Below are positions 59,462 to 64,000 of a DNA stretch of 64,000 nt, in pieces (the first letter of the stretch is position 1; each line of letters begins with the position of its first letter). A model generated the notes under the pieces. It ran no database searches. It was not told where the DNA came from and saw only the letters and a program-made list of their open reading frames with translations. The stretch lies in contig CAZNEE010000005.1 of NCBI GenBank assembly GCA_964572255.1, positions 24,720-88,719 on the forward strand, written 5' to 3'. Source of the stretch: an uncultured Planctomycetia bacterium. GTDB taxonomy: Bacteria; Omnitrophota; Gorgyraeia; Tantalellales; Tantalellaceae. The translations under genes and the position numbers were made by a program.

Positions 59462-60925
59462 ATGCAGTTTCTGAGAAAAGCCGTTTTCTATATTTTTCTG
59501 ATCATTTATTTAATAGCCTGCCCCTTAATTCTTCTTTATGCGGTCGGATATATTTATAAGCCCGGGACAAAAGAAGGTTTTGTAAAGACCGGGTTAATAT
59601 CTGTTGCGACTGTCCCCTCCGGGGCAAAGATCTACCTAAATAAAAGCCGCTATACGCAAAAAAGTCCTGCCGTTATCCCCGAACTAATCCCGGGAAGCTA
59701 TTCGCTGAAGATTTTTTTAAAAGGACATAAAGAATGGATAAGAACAGTCCGGGTAGAGCCTGAGAAAGCAACCGTTTTTGACAAGGTCATTCTCCTGCCG
59801 GATCGATTACGAAGCAAGGAAGTTCTTCACGGGAAGTTCCGGGATATTATCTCAGTTCCCGGGACGGATTTTTTGGTTCTCGCGAGAAGCGAAAAAATAG
59901 ATGATATTCTCGCGTACAACATCAAAAGCAATAAAGCATGGCCGCTGCTTAAATCTGGCATGCTTTTTGGGGGAGGGGAAGCGCTGTCTTATTTTACAGA
60001 AAAAGAAAGCCCCTATATTATTTTCTGCGTGAAATCTCCGGCAGGCAATAAGTTCTTAAGAGTTGAACTTGCCGAAAACAAAGAAGCCCCCGCTGAAGAT
60101 ATAACTAAATTTTTCCCCACAGAACCTTCGCGTGTTTTTTGGCACGCTTCATCTCCGAAAGATATTTTTTCTTATCAAAAAGGATCCTTAAACAGGATCG
60201 ATCTCGATTCGGGACAAGTGTATAAAAAGTATATAAAGAACGTTAAAGGATTCGGCCTCTCGGAGAACGCTCTTTATGTGCTTGCGAATGATAACAAGCT
60301 TGTAAAGATGGATTATGATAAAAAAGACAGAAAAATATTAATAGATGAAACAACAATGAATACTTTTCTTTTCAGGGGAAATGATTTTTATAAAATTTAC
60401 CCTCTTGGGCAAGAGATCTTTCTTTTTTGGGGGGAGAGGGGAGGCCTTTTGACGAACAATGCCCCGTATAATCTTGAGGGAGAGGGGATAAAAGGAGTGA
60501 GCGTTAATTTGCAATTTGATCGAGCGGTTTTATTTAAAAACGATCGAGTAGGGGTTCTTGATCTTTCAGCCGAAGAGATATCGGGGGAAGCCATAAAGCC
60601 CGTCAAAATCAAATGGATTTATAAAAACGCGAAGAATATCGAACAGGTTTTTTGGGCGCATGAAGCTTCACATGTATTGTTCCGCGACGGGAACAAAGTA
60701 TTTTTAGCGGGGGCATTTGAAGATAGCGGTTTTAGCCTGAACAGCATATTTGATGTTGCAGACGGAAGTTCAATTGTTTATTCGGATAAAACGGGAGAAG
60801 CATATTGCCTTTTTCAGTCCCCGGGGAGCTTGTTTGCTTCAGGAATAGTGCCGAAGAAAGATATCATCGAAATGCCGTCCGTAGATACGGGGCAGGATAA
60901 AGGGAAGAAATATAATGGAGTTTGA
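59462..60925 (+). CDS. membrane-anchored PEGA-domain protein with large extracytoplasmic beta-rich domain
   Basis: 487 aa. N-terminal TM anchor, PEGA-like module (ISVATVPSGAKIYLNKSRYTQKSPAVIPELIPGSYSLKIFLKGHKEW), then about 350 aa with no known domain. Overlaps the GT2 gene start. Confidence 0.6.
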   Translation: MQFLRKAVFYIFLIIYLIACPLILLYAVGYIYKPGTKEGFVKTGLISVATVPSGAKIYLNKSRYTQKSPAVIPELIPGSYSLKIFLKGHKEWIRTVRVEPEKATVFDKVILLPDRLRSKEVLHGKFRDIISVPGTDFLVLARSEKIDDILAYNIKSNKAWPLLKSGMLFGGGEALSYFTEKESPYIIFCVKSPAGNKFLRVELAENKEAPAEDITKFFPTEPSRVFWHASSPKDIFSYQKGSLNRIDLDSGQVYKKYIKNVKGFGLSENALYVLANDNKLVKMDYDKKDRKILIDETTMNTFLFRGNDFYKIYPLGQEIFLFWGERGGLLTNNAPYNLEGEGIKGVSVNLQFDRAVLFKNDRVGVLDLSAEEISGEAIKPVKIKWIYKNAKNIEQVFWAHEASHVLFRDGNKVFLAGAFEDSGFSLNSIFDVADGSSIVYSDKTGEAYCLFQSPGSLFASGIVPKKDIIEMPSVDTGQDKGKKYNGV

Positions 60926-62441
60926 TTTTTCAGGAAGTAATATACAGGGAAGAGAGAGAGGGCTTCAAAGATTTTTTGAGATCGTCCCGGGCGCGACAAG
61001 CTGGATGATTCTTGTCGGCATGACCATACTTGCTTTTTGTGAGCCGCTCGTAGCTGCCGTTATTATTATCGCCTTTGATCTGTACTGGCTTTTACGGCTT
61101 TTATACATGACGCTTTTTCTCATTCTTTCTTATTTCAGGCTTTCAATGGAAAAGGGAACTGACTGGATGAAAAAGGCCAAAGAATTGGATCAGCCCGGAG
61201 AGCTTTGCTTAAAAGACATTGTGCACTTGGTCATTATCCCGGTTTCCAAGGAAACGCAGGAAGTCATAGCGCCGGGGATCAAGAGCTTTATTCAGGGGGC
61301 ATTCCCCTCAAAGCAGGTCCTGGTAGTTATTGCCCTTGAAGAGAGAGCAGGCCAGGAAGTAAAAGAAGGCGTAAAAAAAACACAAGAAGTTTATAGGCGA
61401 GATTTTTTGGATCTTTTGGTAGCAATTCATCCTGACGGGATACAAGGCGAGGCAAAAGTTAAAGGAGCCAATACAACATTTGCGGCCAAAAGAGCTGCGG
61501 AATATTTTCTGGAGAAAGATATTCCTTTTGAAAAAGTTGTGGCTTCTTGTTTTGACGCGGATACAGTAATCGACTCTGATTATTTCGCGGCCCTTACATA
61601 CTATTATATGGCTTCTCCGGAAAGGGAAAGAGCAAGCTTCCAGCCGGTTCCTGTTTACAACAATAATATATGGGAGGCCCCGGGGATAACGAGGGTTCTT
61701 GAGACGGGGTCATCTTTTTTCCAATTGATCGAAGCAACAAATCCTGAAAAATTAGTGACTTTTTCCAGTCATAGTATGAGCTTTAAGGCTTTGGTTGATA
61801 TCGGGTATTGGCCCGTTGATATGATCTCGGACGATTCCGCTATTTTCTGGAAGGCGTTCATACATTATGACGGGAAGTACAGGGTGGTTCCGATGTACAC
61901 GACACTTTCCATGGATGCCGTTGTGGCGGAAAACTGGTGGAAAACAGTGGTCAATGTCTATAAACAAAAGAGACGATGGGCGTGGGGAGTTGAAAATTTT
62001 CCTATCATTATGAGGGCTTTTCTTAAAAATAAAAAAATATCTTTTTTTAATAAAATGAGGTACCTCTTTAAACTTTTCGAAGGGCATATCGCGTGGGCGA
62101 CCTGGGCATTTCTTCTTACCTTTATCGGTTGGCTTCCCGCCATTTTCGCCGGAAGAGAATTCACGCACACGGTTTTTTATTACAGCGCGCCGCGTATAGC
62201 GGGAACTATCTTCCATCTTGCGTCTTTTTCGCTTATAACGAGCATCATTTTGAGTATTTGTCTTCTTCCCAAAAGCAGGGAGAAGCATCCTGTTTTGATG
62301 AGAATAGGATATGCCTTCCAATGGCTTTTAGTGCCTTTTACGGTCATTTTTCTAAGCGCGTTGCCGGCGTTAGACGCCCAAACCCGCCTTATGCTGGGAA
62401 AATATATGACGTTTTGGGTCACGGATAAAAAAAGAAAATAA
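60915..62441 (+). CDS. processive family-2 glycosyltransferase with integral TM domain (cellulose/chitin/hyaluronan-synthase-like)
   Basis: 508 aa. N-terminal 2 TM, then a GT-A domain with DAD (CFDADTVID) and the processivity motif QKRRW (QxxRW), and a C-terminal 4-6 TM channel-like domain. Confidence 0.75.
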   Translation: MEFDFSGSNIQGRERGLQRFFEIVPGATSWMILVGMTILAFCEPLVAAVIIIAFDLYWLLRLLYMTLFLILSYFRLSMEKGTDWMKKAKELDQPGELCLKDIVHLVIIPVSKETQEVIAPGIKSFIQGAFPSKQVLVVIALEERAGQEVKEGVKKTQEVYRRDFLDLLVAIHPDGIQGEAKVKGANTTFAAKRAAEYFLEKDIPFEKVVASCFDADTVIDSDYFAALTYYYMASPERERASFQPVPVYNNNIWEAPGITRVLETGSSFFQLIEATNPEKLVTFSSHSMSFKALVDIGYWPVDMISDDSAIFWKAFIHYDGKYRVVPMYTTLSMDAVVAENWWKTVVNVYKQKRRWAWGVENFPIIMRAFLKNKKISFFNKMRYLFKLFEGHIAWATWAFLLTFIGWLPAIFAGREFTHTVFYYSAPRIAGTIFHLASFSLITSIILSICLLPKSREKHPVLMRIGYAFQWLLVPFTVIFLSALPALDAQTRLMLGKYMTFWVTDKKRK

Positions 62442-63514
62442 TGAAAAGGCTTATTCTGTCAATTTTTTTTCTTATTCAGGCCTCAATTGTTTTTGCAGGG
62501 CCGCTGAAGATAGGGACCACATTCAGCCCGGTACAGTGCGCGTATCTCGAATTGAATTGGAGGGAAACATATCTTTCCATTCTTGAGATGGGGTTTGACC
62601 TTATTCGCTTAGGCGCTTATTGGAATGAGATCGAGAAGGAACAGGGAGTCTATGATTTTTCTAAACTTGATTGGCAGGTAAAAGAGGCAAGAAAAAGGGA
62701 CATTCCGGTTGTTCTTACCGTCGGCATGAAAGCCCCGCGCTGGCCGGAATATTTTATCCCCGATTGGGTTATGGAAAAAGTGACGTTTTCATTTGGCGCT
62801 GACGTGTCAAAGAACGCATGTTTAAAAGAACACACACTTAAATTTATAGAAGCGGTCGTGGAGCGATATAAAAAAGAAGCGACCATCCGCTATTGGCAGG
62901 TTGAAAATGAACCATTGAACCGCTTCGGCGGAGAATATTGGGTTATCGGCAAAAATTTTTTAATACAAGAGATCGAACTTGTGAAGAGGATCGACGGGGA
63001 GGAAAGGCCCGTTATTTTAACGACAGCTACATACCCTAACAGGCTCTTGCGTTTTACTTCGGGCATTTTCATAAAGCATGACCCAATAGAAGAATGTTTG
63101 GAAATGTGCGACATTTTAGGGTTAAATGTCTATCCCGTTGTAGGGCATAAATTTTTAGGGCTGAATTTTTACTTTAGAACAAATAAGAAGGAAAAAGAAC
63201 TTTATTTTTCGAAGCTTCTTGCGAAGGCGCGGGATGCCGGCAAAGAAGCATGGATCGTTGAATTCCAGGCCGAACCGTGGGAGGCAGGACGCCTTGTTTA
63301 TAAAGAAAATAAAAAACCGAGTTCGATCCGGATCGATTCTTTTGAGGAAAGTTTTCAGGAGGTTCGCGAAATAGGGTTCGATGTTATCCTTTTGTGGGGA
63401 GCCGAACACTGGCATTTTCGCCACATTCAGCGCAAAGATCCCGAATGGAAAGAAAAAATACAGAACATTCTTATGCGGGAAAAAGATTTTGACAAAACAC
63501 CTGATATGTCATAA
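62441..63514 (+). CDS. secreted glycoside hydrolase, clan GH-A TIM-barrel (GH5-like, NEP acid/base motif)
   Basis: 357 aa with signal peptide. WQVENEP (catalytic acid/base Glu) and a downstream candidate nucleophile in IVEFQAEPW. Start overlaps the GT2 stop. Confidence 0.55.
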   Translation: MKRLILSIFFLIQASIVFAGPLKIGTTFSPVQCAYLELNWRETYLSILEMGFDLIRLGAYWNEIEKEQGVYDFSKLDWQVKEARKRDIPVVLTVGMKAPRWPEYFIPDWVMEKVTFSFGADVSKNACLKEHTLKFIEAVVERYKKEATIRYWQVENEPLNRFGGEYWVIGKNFLIQEIELVKRIDGEERPVILTTATYPNRLLRFTSGIFIKHDPIEECLEMCDILGLNVYPVVGHKFLGLNFYFRTNKKEKELYFSKLLAKARDAGKEAWIVEFQAEPWEAGRLVYKENKKPSSIRIDSFEESFQEVREIGFDVILLWGAEHWHFRHIQRKDPEWKEKIQNILMREKDFDKTPDMS

Positions 63515-63527
63515 GTTTAATAGAATC

Positions 63528-64000
63528 ATGAGAAAAAGTCTTGTTGTGGGAATATTGAAAGAAGAAAAGAACAAATGGGAAAGAAGAGCGCCTCTTACCC
63601 CGTCTGACGTAAGGTGGCTTGTGCAAAAGGGCATTGAGGTGGAGGTTGAATCCAGCCCCATCCGTGCGTTTAAAGATAAAGCATATGAAAAGAACGGGGC
63701 AAAGATCGTGAAAGAGCCGAAGAAGGCATCCTTTCTTGTGGGGATAAAAGAGCCGAGGAAAGAGAAGATCAGAGAAAAAGCCGTATACATGTTTTTCTCG
63801 CATACTACAAAGGGACAAAGCTACAATATGCTTTTACTTAGAGAATTGTTGGAAAAAGAGGCAACGCTTGTTGAATGCGAAAAAATTACCGATAGCAACG
63901 GGAAAAGATTGGTTTATTTCGGCAGATTTGCCGGTATATGCGGCGTGACTGACAGCCTTTATTATTGCGGCAGAAAACTAAAGGAAAGAGGCATCAACAA
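63528..64000 (+). CDS. saccharopine dehydrogenase/alanine dehydrogenase-PNT N-terminal domain protein, 3' end runs past the window edge
   Basis: Open frame from ATG 63528 to the window edge. ILKEEKNKWERRAPLTPSDVRWLVQKGIEVEVESSPIRAF...GAKIV matches the AlaDh_PNT_N / LOR-SDH N-terminus. Not in the ORF track because there is no stop in the window. Confidence 0.6.
   Translation, partial: MRKSLVVGILKEEKNKWERRAPLTPSDVRWLVQKGIEVEVESSPIRAFKDKAYEKNGAKIVKEPKKASFLVGIKEPRKEKIREKAVYMFFSHTTKGQSYNMLLLRELLEKEATLVECEKITDSNGKRLVYFGRFAGICGVTDSLYYCGRKLKERGIN

Overview
This 64 kb window is from a low-GC bacterial chromosome and spans the replication origin. Every gene from 1 to 46139 is on the minus strand and every gene from 46393 onward is on the plus strand. 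The switch lies at a divergent rpmH/dnaA promoter pair with DnaA boxes, followed by dnaA, a box-rich dnaA-dnaN spacer, dnaN, a DciA-like gene, gyrB and gyrA. The left arm is mostly housekeeping: ftsH (truncated), split transketolase N-subunit, a TPR lipoprotein, hisG, an RseC-like protein, a PP-loop ATPase, rarA, an epimerase plus UbiA (DPPR-synthase-like) pair, the thrS-infC-rpmI-rplT-trkH-trkA-pheST cluster, a Cys-Leu-Val tRNA array, a PVC-type pilin-like protein, split coaB/coaC, yicC-gmk-rpoZ, ndk, rsmI, glmS, tRNA-Asp/Val, a complete V-type ATPase operon (E-hyp-A-B-D-I-K), a PyrR-attenuated pyr operon carrying an embedded Mut7-C RNase gene, parA/parB split by a GT-C glycosyltransferase, a Jag_N-only gene, yidC-yidD-rnpA-rpmH. 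The right arm after gyrA has tRNA-Glu, a SYLF protein, a trehalose cluster (otsA, otsB, treT), a PEGA / processive GT2 / GH-A exopolysaccharide module, and a partial SDH/AlaDH-like gene. Unexplained or unusual items are: a structured GC-rich candidate ncRNA upstream of rarA, a tRNA with an 8-nt anticodon loop, a 31-aa hyper-basic coupled micro-ORF, variant parS-like palindromes, the parA/parB interruption, and several operon-embedded hypothetical proteins. No CRISPR arrays, transposases or phage genes were seen.
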